Origin: Treponemataceae bacterium
GTDB lineage: Bacteria > Spirochaetota > Spirochaetia > Treponematales > Rectinemataceae
Direction of reading: 5' to 3'
Assembly (NCBI GenBank): GCA_963678065.2
Contig: CAXXVZ010000005.1
Location: 288,001-352,000, forward strand
DNA: 64,000 nucleotides
Under the pieces are notes generated by a model. The model saw only the letters and a list, made by a program, of their open reading frames with translations. It searched no databases and was not told the origin of the DNA. The translations under genes were made by a program, and so were the position numbers. Shown here one piece after another: positions 1 to 14,993 of the stretch. The stretch's first letter is position 1; every line of letters begins with the position of its first letter.

Positions 1-83
1 TCCTGGAAGTGAGATCGTCCTCAGCCACCACTATCCGTGTGGGTTTTTTCCCCGCAAGTCCGCTTCCTGTCGCGATAGTCGCA

Positions 84-94
<11 letters not shown>
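1..94 (-). CDS. Response regulator receiver-domain protein, 5' end only (runs off the window)
   Basis: Not in the ORF track. TTG at 94 with GAGGT upstream overlaps the kinase stop and reads [39 protein letters not shown] is a typical receiver beta1/acidic pocket. Confidence 0.7.
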
Positions 95-5347
<5,253 letters not shown>

Positions 5348-5351
<4 letters not shown>

Positions 5352-7072
5352 GCCCTCTCCCCTGTGCCTGCCCCTGTGGTCATCGGTTCATTATAGGCTC
5401 GCCAGGAGGGCGAGTCCATGTTGGCTCCGACGAAAAAGGCCGCGTGGTTCGAGGTGAAAAGCGGCGGCGTCCTCGCGAGGATGGACCGTATCGCTGGAGA
5501 GGCGCCCATATCCCGTTTCAGGAAGGCGCGCACGGCATCCCTGTTCCATCCGGCTGGATGGACGAAGTCGCAATACAAGGAGAGATCCCCCTCGTAGAAC
5601 GAGAGCGTGGAGTGGTTTCGCGCCTCTTCGCCGGATGCGGGCATGTTGAAGATCGCGGCGTTGATGAAGCCGATCCGGTCCGCGCGGGATTCGAGGAAGT
5701 CCCGGGTGACGAGGGCCGATTCCCGCGTCTCCGCGGGTGTGCCGAAAAGTGCGTAGAGGTAGGTGCCGATGCCCGCGGCCTTAAGGTTGACGAGAATCGT
5801 GTCGATCTCCTCGATCCGCGTGCCTTTCCCGAGGGCGTCGAGGACGGACTGCTCCCCCGACTCGAGCCCGAGCTGCAGAAGGACACAGCCGGAACGGGCC
5901 AGGGCGCGGCAGAACCCGGAATCCGTAAGTTCGCGGGAAAACCGCGCGAAGCCGTACCAGGGAGCGCCGGGAGGCTCCGCGGCGAGTGCCCGGAGCCAGG
6001 CTGGAGCTATCTCGTTGTCGGTGAAGTGGAAGAGTCGGGGGCTGTATCTGGCCGCGAGCTCCCGCAGATGGCCGGCCGCTGCCGCGGGGGGAATGCCGCG
6101 GAAGGGGTTGTCCTCGGCCTTTTCCGGGCAGAAGGTGCAGCGCTTCCAGGGGCAGCCCGTGGAAAAGCTGTAGGGGATCGTGCGTCCGGGCGAGAAATAG
6201 CTGTCCAGGGGAAAATCCTCGTACGAGGGACAGGCCGCGGGGAAAGGGGCGCCGGAGGTACTGCCGGGGGCGTTGCCGGAATCGCCGGGGGCGGCGCTGG
6301 CGGAGGTCAGACCGGCGAGGTAGCCGGGAAGGGATTCCTCGCCCGGCCCGGGAAGGAAGGCGTCGACGAGGCCGCCGAAGCCAGCGCCGACGCCGGCGTC
6401 GATACGTCCCTGCCGGACCCAGGAGGTGACGAGTCCCCCGCCCATGACGATGCCGATCTTCGGGTGTTTAGCCCTGAGCCACCCCGCGATGGCGAAAGAG
6501 ACCAGGGCCTGACTCAGGAAAACGAGAGAGATGCCGACGGTCCGCGCGGGGAATGCCGCGAGCGTCTCGTCGATGCGCCTCGAGAAAAGGGGAAAAAAGA
6601 CATTGTCCTCATGCTCGCGGGCCGAGCGGAGAAGGTCCGCCGACTTGACCGGCGAAAGGAGCGTATCCTGGTAATCGGTCATGGTCAGGGTGGCAAAGGG
6701 CACTGAGCCGCGACTGCCCTCTGCCCTGGCCGCAGCCCCGACTGATGTCCGGGCAGTGGCCAGGGCAGCGGCCTTGAGGACCCGGTTCAGGTCGAGGACG
6801 GCGCGCACATAGCTGTCGAAGTTGCGGTATCCTGCCGGGTCGCGCAGGAGGGCGAGGCTGCGCTCCCGCCGGGCGAGGGCGCCCTTCGTCCATGTATCCG
6901 CAGTCAGGTTTCCGGCCACCCCGGAATCGGGGCCGAGAAGCCAGTCGAAGCCCTCCTGGTTGAGGTCGAGACAGCGGACGGGCTCGCCGGCAGCGCGCAG
7001 GCTTCCGGCGAGCCGGGCAAGGCCGGGAGGCGGTTCGGTGCTCCGCGCGACGGGCGGATAGATGAGGAGCAT
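5348..7072 (-). CDS. B12-binding-domain-type radical SAM protein
   Basis: CPWKRCTFC (CxxxCxxC), N-terminal [21 protein letters not shown] motif. Start placed at ATG 7072. Confidence 0.85.
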
Positions 7073-7121
7073 GGAAAACGATACTACCAAGCCCCGCGCG
7101 AAAGGTCTATGATCGATATAT

Positions 7122-8129
7122 ATGGAAAGAATCGTGACCTCGACTGTCCTCCCGAAAGACGGAGGCCTGCCTCTTCTCGTCTGGCTCGCGGAACGATTCC
7201 GCTACTGCGACGCTCCTGCCTGGGCTTCCCTCATCGGGGAAGGCCACCTTGAGGTGAACGGCGCGCCCGCAGAGGCCGGAACCATCCTCGCTGCGGGCGA
7301 CAAGGTCCGCTTCGCGCCCGATTCTTTCGAAGAGCCCGAGGTCGACACGGCGATCAGGACCGCTTACGAGAACGCGGACTTTCTCGTACTCGACAAGCCC
7401 GCGAACCTGCCCTGTCATCCAGGCGGCCGCTATTTCGCCAACACCCTCTGGGGCATCATGAAAAAGGAGGGAGAATCCTTCCACATCGCGACGAGGCTCG
7501 ACAGGGAGACCTCGGGTCTCCTCCTCGTCTGCAAGACCGCCGGGGCCAACCGCCACGCGCGCGAACTGCAGCGGGAAGGCCTCATCGACAAGCGCTACCT
7601 CGTGGCCGTCCACGGAGATTTTCCCGACCGGCTCGAGGCGAAGGGTTTCCTCGTTCACGACAGCCGGAGCGTCGTCAGGAAAAAGAGGCGCTTCGTCGCC
7701 GCGGCTGTGGAAACGGAAGGAAGGCCCGCGGGGGGCGACGATCCGCGGTTCCCCGACGCCAGCGCCGCCGGAAGGAACCCGACGGAGGACGGAGAGAGCT
7801 GCGAAACCTCCTTTGTCCGCATGAAAAAAGAGGCGGGTTTCAGCCTCGTCGAGGCGAAGCTCGCGACGGGCCGCAACCACCAGATCAGGGCGACCATGTC
7901 CAGTCTGGGATATCCCGTCGTGGGCGACAAACTGTACGGCCTCGACGAAGAATTTTTCATTCGCTTCCTCGAGGGGAGGCTTTCCCTCACCGACACCGAA
8001 GCCCTCATCCTGCCGAACCAGGCCCTCCACAGCGCATCGCTCTCCTTTCCGGGACTGCGCGGAGAGACCATAAGCCTGCGCTCGGATCCGCCCTGGCCCT
8101 TTCCTCCCCGAAGGGAAAGGCCTGAATGA
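7122..8129 (+). CDS. RluA-family RNA pseudouridine synthase
   Basis: LDKPANLPCHP, catalytic RLDRETSG, TGRNHQIR, GYPVVGDKLYG, LHS motifs. Confidence 0.95.
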   Translation: MERIVTSTVLPKDGGLPLLVWLAERFRYCDAPAWASLIGEGHLEVNGAPAEAGTILAAGDKVRFAPDSFEEPEVDTAIRTAYENADFLVLDKPANLPCHPGGRYFANTLWGIMKKEGESFHIATRLDRETSGLLLVCKTAGANRHARELQREGLIDKRYLVAVHGDFPDRLEAKGFLVHDSRSVVRKKRRFVAAAVETEGRPAGGDDPRFPDASAAGRNPTEDGESCETSFVRMKKEAGFSLVEAKLATGRNHQIRATMSSLGYPVVGDKLYGLDEEFFIRFLEGRLSLTDTEALILPNQALHSASLSFPGLRGETISLRSDPPWPFPPRRERPE

Positions 8130-8151
8130 CGAACGACCCGCGGAGGCATCC

Positions 8152-8943
8152 ATGAAGGCCCGGTCCGGCATCGTCGACCCGGAAGACATACTCCTCCTCG
8201 CATCCGACGCGGCGAGGCTCATGCTCGAGAGCGGAGGCGAGACCTACCGCGCGGAAGAGACGGCCGAGGCCATCTCCTCCGGCCTCGGCGGCGTCGAGAC
8301 AGAGTGCTTCGCCATCCCGACGGGAATCGTGCTGTCCTTCGCGGGGCCGGACGGCCGGATAAGGTCCATCGTCCGCCGCGTCAAGAAGCGCTCCATGAAT
8401 CTGGAAAAAGTGGCCCGGCTCGACGCCATGGCCCGCGATCTGCAGGGCGGCAGGCTGGACTACGCGGGAGCGGCCGCCTCCCTCGAAGCCACCGAACGCC
8501 TCGCGGAGAGGCCTCTGTGGGTGCAGCTGCTCGCGGCCGCCGCGACTGCGGGATTCTTCACCCTCCTCTTCGGGGGCAGCTGGAACGAGGGGCTCGTCGC
8601 CGCGCTCCTCGGCGCCATCCTCTCCCGCGGCGTCAAGTGGCTCACGCATCTCAGGCTGCCCGACTTTCTCATCAACCTCGCGGGAGGGGCCGTCGTCACC
8701 CTGGCGAGTCTCGCTGTCAACAGGATGGGGTTGATAGACAGGGTCGATCTGACCGTCATCGGCACCATCATGCTCCTCGTTCCGGGCGTGGCGATCACGA
8801 ACGCCATCAGGGACACCATCGCCGGCGATCTCGTGGCCGGACTCGCCCGCGGAGCCGACGCATTCACCGCGGCGGCGGCAATCTCCGCCGGCGCGGGCGG
8901 GGCCACCGCACTCTGGCGGCTCCTGACGGGGGGACGGGCATGA
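8152..8943 (+). CDS. Threonine/serine exporter family protein (ThrE, N-terminal-type subunit)
   Basis: ESGGETYRAEET and LLVPGVAITNAIRD motifs; hydrophobic C-terminal half. Confidence 0.9.
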   Translation: MKARSGIVDPEDILLLASDAARLMLESGGETYRAEETAEAISSGLGGVETECFAIPTGIVLSFAGPDGRIRSIVRRVKKRSMNLEKVARLDAMARDLQGGRLDYAGAAASLEATERLAERPLWVQLLAAAATAGFFTLLFGGSWNEGLVAALLGAILSRGVKWLTHLRLPDFLINLAGGAVVTLASLAVNRMGLIDRVDLTVIGTIMLLVPGVAITNAIRDTIAGDLVAGLARGADAFTAAAAISAGAGGATALWRLLTGGRA

Positions 8944-9380
8944 ACGCGCCGGGAATCTTCCAGAATCCGCTTCTCGCGCCTCTCTGGGCAGCTCTTGCCA
9001 CCTTCGGCTTCGCGACCCTCTTCGGTCTGGGGATCAGGGATTTACTTCTCGTCGCGGCGGGAGCAGCGCTAGGCTGGGCTGTCTCCGTGCCCGTGGCGAA
9101 CGTCACCGGGTCGGTCTCGCTCGGCGCATTCGCCGCCTCCGCGGTCATCGGTTTCTGGGGCGAGGCGATGTCAGCCATCACGAAACGCCCCGCCACGGTC
9201 TATACGGTCTGCGCCATCCTCCCCCTCGTGCCCGGCGGCGGGATGTACTACACCATGCTCGAGACGATCAACGGGGCGATCTGGAGTTCTTTCGAGATCG
9301 GGCTGCAGACCATGAAGACGGCGGGCGCGATAGCGGCGGGACTGGCCGCCTCGAGCGCCATCGCGCGGATCATCAAATAA
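8940..9380 (+). CDS. Threonine/serine exporter family protein (ThrE_2-type small subunit)
   Basis: ATGA overlap with the upstream gene, ILPLVPGGGMY motif, hydrophobic. True start 8940 lies inside the listed 8304 ORF. Confidence 0.88.
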   Translation: MNAPGIFQNPLLAPLWAALATFGFATLFGLGIRDLLLVAAGAALGWAVSVPVANVTGSVSLGAFAASAVIGFWGEAMSAITKRPATVYTVCAILPLVPGGGMYYTMLETINGAIWSSFEIGLQTMKTAGAIAAGLAASSAIARIIK

Positions 9381-9434
9381 TGCCAAGTCGGAGGTAGGCC
9401 TCCCGGAATCCCGTGTTATAATCGGCCACGCCCC

Positions 9435-10172
9435 ATGAACCGCATAATCATCTACGGCGACATCCACGGCTGTGTCGAGGAATGGACAGCACTGCGCAGG
9501 CGCCTCTCTCCGGATACGGGCGACCTCGAAATAGCAGTGGGCGACCTCGTCGACCGCGGCCCGGATTCCCTCGCCTGCATCCGTCTGGCGAAAGAATCCG
9601 GCATCACCTGCATCCGCGGCAATCACGAGCATGTCTATATCCGCTACGCCCGGCACGAAGAGAACAGGCGCATCCACGGAAAGCGTAACCCGATGATCCT
9701 CGCACCGGAAAAAGCCGATCTCTTCGGAACCTTCGAGTCCTCCGACCTGGGCTGGCTCGACAATCTGCCGCTCTACCTCCACATCGGGGCGCTCACCGTG
9801 GTCCATGGCGGCGTGTTGCCCCGCCTCAACCTGGGCCCCGCCACCCCGCGCCACATACTCGAAATCTGTCTGTGGATCCGCAATCTCGACGAGAGGGACA
9901 AGCCGGTCGGGCTCGGCGACCCGCGCAGCTGCCTGCGCTGGTCCGACAGGTACACAGGAACGAGCGGCTACGTGGTCTACGGGCACGAACCCTTCGAGAA
10001 GCCGAGAGTGCGCATGGACTCGCTCGGAATCGACACGGGATGCGTTTTCGGGGGAAGCCTGACCGCCGCCATCTTCGAGCGCGACGAAAAGGGTTTGCCC
10101 CTTCCCCTCTACTCGATCGTTTCGGAGCCCTGCCATCAGAGATCCGGATACGCCGAGCGCCTGGAGGAATGA
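9435..10172 (+). CDS. Calcineurin-like metallophosphoesterase (PrpE/ApaH-like)
   Basis: GDIHG, GDLVDRG, RGNHE, VHGG, VYGH, IDTGCVFGG motifs. Confidence 0.9.
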   Translation: MNRIIIYGDIHGCVEEWTALRRRLSPDTGDLEIAVGDLVDRGPDSLACIRLAKESGITCIRGNHEHVYIRYARHEENRRIHGKRNPMILAPEKADLFGTFESSDLGWLDNLPLYLHIGALTVVHGGVLPRLNLGPATPRHILEICLWIRNLDERDKPVGLGDPRSCLRWSDRYTGTSGYVVYGHEPFEKPRVRMDSLGIDTGCVFGGSLTAAIFERDEKGLPLPLYSIVSEPCHQRSGYAERLEE

Positions 10173-10248
10173 GGGGAGTAATAGGGGTCCGACGCTCAGG
10201 GATCCTCGAGGAGTCCGGATAGTCCGGGACGACTCCCCTGAGGACCGT

Positions 10249-11106
10249 TCAGGCGTATTCGAGTACGCTGCCGGAGCCCAGCTCCCGCAGGTCGAGCCTG
10301 TGCGACAGCCCGATCTTGGCGGGAAGGTCGGTGCAGTGGCAGGCGTGGACGGTGCGGATGCCCTTCGATTCGAGGAAGGTGGCCGTCGCCTCGATTTTTG
10401 CCCGCCCCGCGCCGAGAAGGTGGAAACCGCCCACGATATCGAGGATGGGGGCGTCTCCGGAAAGCGAAATCGCCCTCTCCACGATGTTCGCGATGCCGGA
10501 GTGGGAACAGCCGGTCACAATGACGTGCCCGTCCCCGACAGCGCACAAAAGAGCGCTGTCGTCTTCCAGCGGATCGGGCATGACGTGCCGCTCGGAGGAT
10601 TCGGGAGAGCCGATCCGGAATCCGACGCTTCCGCCATCTGAGGCGTGGACGCGGGGGATCTGTCCCATGAAGGTGAGGCCGCCCCCGAGGTCCACGGGCC
10701 CCGTGGAGGGAAGGTACTCGAAGACATCCGCGAAGTCCTCGGGCAGGAAATCCGCGCCGATATCCTCGCCGTTCTCGAGGATCTTCGGGAGGAAGACCGC
10801 AGGATGGGCGACGAGGAGGGGTTTGGGCCGGCCTTCAGAGTCGGCGTCCGCGAGTGTCTCGCGCATGAGCAGCGCGAGCGCGGGCAGTCCGCGGGTGTGG
10901 TCGGCGTGCCCGTGGGAGAGGATCACCGCGTCGAGATCGGTGAGGTCGATACCGAGGCTTTCCGCGTTCCGCAAGAAGACATCCGAGTAGCCGGCGTCGA
11001 AGAGAACCCTCCGTCCCCTCGATTCGATGAAGTAAGAAACCGCCGGTTCACCAAGAAAATAGCGGTCGATGAGCGTGTTGTTGTCGGCCAGGACTGTCAG
11101 TTTCAT
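10249..11106 (-). CDS. MBL-fold metallo-hydrolase
   Basis: LFDAG, SHGHADH, GCSHSG, GGFH, CHCT motifs. Confidence 0.9.
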   Translation of the reverse strand: MKLTVLADNNTLIDRYFLGEPAVSYFIESRGRRVLFDAGYSDVFLRNAESLGIDLTDLDAVILSHGHADHTRGLPALALLMRETLADADSEGRPKPLLVAHPAVFLPKILENGEDIGADFLPEDFADVFEYLPSTGPVDLGGGLTFMGQIPRVHASDGGSVGFRIGSPESSERHVMPDPLEDDSALLCAVGDGHVIVTGCSHSGIANIVERAISLSGDAPILDIVGGFHLLGAGRAKIEATATFLESKGIRTVHACHCTDLPAKIGLSHRLDLRELGSGSVLEYA

Positions 11107-11171
11107 ACTTATAGTCTAGGTCATGCGGGGCGGATTGACCAGAGAGAATAGTCGATGCGAAACTCGTCACC

Positions 11172-12407
11172 ATGCCCATCGTCCAGAAAAAATTCAGTCT
11201 CCTGTATTCAGCCTTCTTCGCCATCTTCGCCCTGTTCGGCACATCCATCACGATTGTCGGGGCGACGCTGCCCAAAATACTCGCCGACTTCCGCTGGGAC
11301 TACGGGACAGCGGGTCTCGTCATGGCCGCGGGTGCCATAGGTTATTTCCTTTCCACATATATGGCTGGACGTCTCTTCGGCCCTCTTGGCCCGCGCGTTT
11401 CCATCGCGATCGGCCTTGTTCTCGACACGGTGGGACTCGCGCTCTTCGCCGCGGGCCCCTCGCCCCTTCTGAACCTCCTCATGTATTTCGCCGTCGGACT
11501 CGGACAGGGATTCATCGAGGTGACCATCAACTGGTCCGTCCTCCGCATGGAGAGCGGGGCAGAGGGCAACGCGGGCCGGGCGATGAGCCTCATGCACGGA
11601 TCCTTCGCGATCGGGGCGGTCGTCGGCCCCTTCATCCTCGGCTGGCTCATCTCGGCCGACCTTCCCTGGGTGGCGCTGTACAGGGGCATCGCGGTACTCT
11701 TTGGGCTCCTCCTCGTCTCGGTGGCCATCCTGCCTCTCGGGCTTCTCGGAAGGGAGGCGCCTATTCGCGGCACAAGCCACGAATCCCGGCGCAGTGGCTC
11801 CAAAAACCGGGCCGTCCCCGACGGACCCTCCCGACACCCCGCCTACTGGATCGGCTTCGTCGCCCTCCTCCTCTATGTCGGTGTCGAGCTCGGCATCTCG
11901 AATTGGGCGGCGGAATTTTTCGTGTCCGTTTTCGGCGCTTCCGCGGCCACAGGCAGCTTCATGGTCTCGCTGTTCTGGACGGGACTCCTCGCCGGACGCT
12001 TCGGGATTCCCGTGCTCGCCAGAAAAGTGAGCCAACAGAAGATACTGATCGCGATCTCGATCCTCCTCGTGGGATCGAGCAGCCTCCTCGCCCTCCTTGG
12101 CTTTCTGGGGCCGGCATTCCGGGTCCCGGGCTACATCCTTGTCTTTTTCTCGGGGCTCGGATGCTCCTCGATCTATCCCATCGTCGTGAGCATCGTGGGC
12201 GAAACCTTCCCCAAAGCCCAGGCGAAGGCGGTGAGCTTCGCCTCGACCGGCGGCGGTCTCGGGTCCTTCGCCTTCCCCTACCTCATGTCCGTGATCGCGG
12301 GCGGACTCGGAATCCGCTTCGGCTTCGCGGCCTACGCCGTGTTCGCGGTCGCATCCCTCCTCGCCTGCCGCGCGCTCATCGCGGCCTCGACGAGAGAGAG
12401 AGCCTGA
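11172..12407 (+). CDS. MFS transporter (FucP-like sugar permease)
   Basis: About 12 hydrophobic segments, MSLMHGSFAIGAVVGP, LYVGVE..W motifs. Confidence 0.88.
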   Translation: MPIVQKKFSLLYSAFFAIFALFGTSITIVGATLPKILADFRWDYGTAGLVMAAGAIGYFLSTYMAGRLFGPLGPRVSIAIGLVLDTVGLALFAAGPSPLLNLLMYFAVGLGQGFIEVTINWSVLRMESGAEGNAGRAMSLMHGSFAIGAVVGPFILGWLISADLPWVALYRGIAVLFGLLLVSVAILPLGLLGREAPIRGTSHESRRSGSKNRAVPDGPSRHPAYWIGFVALLLYVGVELGISNWAAEFFVSVFGASAATGSFMVSLFWTGLLAGRFGIPVLARKVSQQKILIAISILLVGSSSLLALLGFLGPAFRVPGYILVFFSGLGCSSIYPIVVSIVGETFPKAQAKAVSFASTGGGLGSFAFPYLMSVIAGGLGIRFGFAAYAVFAVASLLACRALIAASTRERA

Positions 12408-12566
12408 TCGCGCCGGGCCACGCCACCCGCGCGGCCCCAGTCCCCGACGGGAGTGCCGCCAGCACCGATCCGGCCCGGATCAGGCTCGGCCCGGATCGGC
12501 ATTTCATCGATTCCGGCAAATTCCGCTTGCGCGATTCGAAAAACCGATTTATCCTGGCTTTGACCC

Positions 12567-12590
12567 GTTCGTGCACTCGCGTGCACGAAC
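12567..12590. promoter_or_regulatory. Palindromic operator 1 (LacI-type), GTTCGTGCAC-TCGC-GTGCACGAAC
   Basis: Perfect 10-bp inverted arms with central CG, just upstream of TATAAT (12597-12602). Confidence 0.65.
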
Positions 12591-12646
12591 CAAATCTATA
12601 ATAAAAGCAACATACCCGCCGAGAGCGGGTAAAAAAATGCCGACCG

Positions 12647-12660
12647 TGCACCCGTGTGCA
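12647..12660. promoter_or_regulatory. Palindromic operator 2, TGCAC-CCGT-GTGCA
   Basis: Second copy of TGCAC-N-CG-N-GTGCA, 75 bp downstream of the first core (12572-12585). Confidence 0.6.
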
Positions 12661-12697
12661 TGATCTGGATCGGCGACGATACGCTTCGGGAGGCGCC

Positions 12698-13885
12698 ATG
12701 ATCGAGGGAGGACGGGCTACATCGGGCAGGAAGATCCTGCGCTACGGCATGGTCGGAGGCGGGCAGGGAGCGTTCATCGGGGAAGTCCACCGCAAGGCAA
12801 TAAGCCTCGACGGCTCGGCCGAGCTCGTCGCCGGCTGCTTTTCGCGCTCCTTGGAGAACACGCGGACCACAGGCGCGGCCCTCGGAATAGCTGAGGACAG
12901 GCTGTACGCCTCCTTCGCGGAGATGGCAGAGAAGGAGGCCGGGCGCAGGTCGGGCCCCGGGGCCGACGGCATCGATTTCGTCGTCATCGTGACACCCAAC
13001 GCGGCGCACTACGCCGCCGCGAAAGCTTTTCTCTCGCGCGGAATACACGTCGTCTGCGACAAGCCTCTCACCTTCGAGGTGGCCGAAGCCGAGGAACTCG
13101 CCCTCCTCGCGAAGCGCAACAGATGCCTGTTCTGCGTGACCTACACGTACACGGGCTACCCCGCCGTCAAACAGGCGCGCGAGATGGTGAGGCGCGGCGA
13201 CATCGGCGAGATCCGCTTCGTGAACGCGGAGTATCCCCAGGAATGGCTCGCGAATCCCATCGAGCGCGAGGGATCGAAACAGGCCGCCTGGCGCACCGAC
13301 CCCGCCCTCACAGGAAAATCGAACTGCGTGGGCGACATAGGCTCCCATGTCGAGAACATGGTCTCCTACGTGACGGGGCTGAAGATCGCCTCGCTGTGCG
13401 CGCGGCTCGACACCTTCGTCCCCGGGCGTCCCCTCGACGACAACGCGACCGTGATGCTCGAGTACGAGGGCGGGGCGAAGGGACTGTACTGGGCGAGTCA
13501 GGTGGCCGTCGGCTGCGACAACGGCCTGCGCTTCCGCGTCTTCGGCTCCAAAGGCAGCCTCTCCTGGTCCCAGGAAAACCCTAACTACCTCGCGGTTTCG
13601 CGCCTCGACGGACCCAACCAGACCTGGTCGCGCGGCCGCGACAGCTTCTATCCGGAAGCCCAGGCCTACAGCCGCATCCCCTCAGGCCACCCCGAAGGCT
13701 ACTTCGAGGCCTTCGCCAACATCTACAGGACCTTCGCGTCCGCCCTCTCGGCGGTGAAGGAAGGTCGCGCCCCGACGGAAGCGGAGCTCGATTTTCCGGG
13801 TGTCGAGGCGGGAATCGGCGGCGTGCGCTTCATCGGGAAATGCGTGGAGAGTTCGCACAAGGGCGCGGTCTGGGTCGATTTCTGA
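12698..13885 (+). CDS. Gfo/Idh/MocA family NAD(P)-dependent oxidoreductase
   Basis: GMVGGGQGAFIG, VCDKP, GDIGSH motifs; GGGAGG RBS before ATG 12698. Confidence 0.92.
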   Translation: MIEGGRATSGRKILRYGMVGGGQGAFIGEVHRKAISLDGSAELVAGCFSRSLENTRTTGAALGIAEDRLYASFAEMAEKEAGRRSGPGADGIDFVVIVTPNAAHYAAAKAFLSRGIHVVCDKPLTFEVAEAEELALLAKRNRCLFCVTYTYTGYPAVKQAREMVRRGDIGEIRFVNAEYPQEWLANPIEREGSKQAAWRTDPALTGKSNCVGDIGSHVENMVSYVTGLKIASLCARLDTFVPGRPLDDNATVMLEYEGGAKGLYWASQVAVGCDNGLRFRVFGSKGSLSWSQENPNYLAVSRLDGPNQTWSRGRDSFYPEAQAYSRIPSGHPEGYFEAFANIYRTFASALSAVKEGRAPTEAELDFPGVEAGIGGVRFIGKCVESSHKGAVWVDF

Positions 13886-14003
13886 GGGAAACCCGCGCAG
13901 GCAGGCGGGGCTCGGGGAGAGCCCAGGCCGGTATGGCGCCGAACAGGAGGGTCGCGACGGCCCAGGTGTACGGACGCGGCAAAACGATACGGAGGAGAGA
14001 GAT

Positions 14004-14993
14004 ATGGCACGACCAGTCACGATTTTTTCAGGCCAGTGGGCCGACCTGAGCTTCGAGGATTTCTGCAAGAAAGCCGCCGGCTTCGGCTACGAGGGCATCG
14101 AGATCGCTTGCTGGGGCGACCACATGGATGTGAAGCGCGCCGCGACCGACCCGGCCTATGTGGCGGAGCGCAAGGCCATCCTCGCGAAGCACGGCCTCAA
14201 ATGCTGGGCGCTCGGAGCCCACCTCGCGGGCCAGTGCGTCGGCGATCTCTGGGACCCGCGTCTCGACGGCTTCGCGCCCGCCGACTGCAAAGGCAATCCG
14301 GCCAAAATCCGCGAGTGGGCCATACAGGAGATGAAGTACACGGCCCGCGCCGCGGCCAACATGGGCGTTTCGGTGGTCACCGGCTTCCTCGGCTCCGGAG
14401 TCTGGAAATACTGGTACTCCTTCCCCCAGACCTCGGAGGAGATGATCGACGCGGCCTTCCGCGAGATCGTCGAGCTGTGGAGTCCCATATTCGACGAGTT
14501 CGACGCCTGCGGCGTCAAGTTCGGCCTCGAAGTCCACCCCACGGAAATCGCCTTCGACTACTACACGGCAGAGCGCCTTTTCAAGGAATTCGCGCGCCGC
14601 CCGACCCTCGGCCTCAACTTCGACCCCTCCCACCTTCAGTGGCAGGGCATGGAGCCCCACCTCTTCATCCGCGACTTCTCTGACCGCATCTACCACGTCC
14701 ACATGAAGGATGTCGCGGTGACGCTGGACGGCAGGTCGGGCATCCTCGGCTCGCACATCACCTTCGGCGACACGCGCCGCGGCTGGAACTTCCGCTCCCT
14801 CGGACACGGGGACGTCGACTTCGAGGCCATCATCCGCGAGCTGAACGCCATCGGCTATAAAGGGCCGCTCTCCGTCGAGTGGGAGGATTCCGGAATGGAC
14901 CGCGATTTCGGCGCCGCCGAAGCCTGCGATTTCGTGAAGAACATCAACTTCTCACCGTCGAACCTCGCCTTCGACGAGGCCCTCAAGAAATGA
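14004..14993 (+). CDS. Sugar phosphate isomerase/epimerase family (xylose isomerase-like TIM barrel)
   Basis: LEVHP, NFDPSH, HVHMKD, SVEWED metal motifs; GGAGGAG RBS. Confidence 0.9.
   Translation: MARPVTIFSGQWADLSFEDFCKKAAGFGYEGIEIACWGDHMDVKRAATDPAYVAERKAILAKHGLKCWALGAHLAGQCVGDLWDPRLDGFAPADCKGNPAKIREWAIQEMKYTARAAANMGVSVVTGFLGSGVWKYWYSFPQTSEEMIDAAFREIVELWSPIFDEFDACGVKFGLEVHPTEIAFDYYTAERLFKEFARRPTLGLNFDPSHLQWQGMEPHLFIRDFSDRIYHVHMKDVAVTLDGRSGILGSHITFGDTRRGWNFRSLGHGDVDFEAIIRELNAIGYKGPLSVEWEDSGMDRDFGAAEACDFVKNINFSPSNLAFDEALKK

Noticed and set aside
8304..8939. Arg-rich N-terminus of the 358-aa ORF
   Set aside because: Alternative frame over the ThrE gene; the real gene starts at 8940.
12560..12602. 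TTGACC and TATAAT as one sigma70 promoter
   Set aside because: The spacing is 31 bp, too long; only the -10 is retained.
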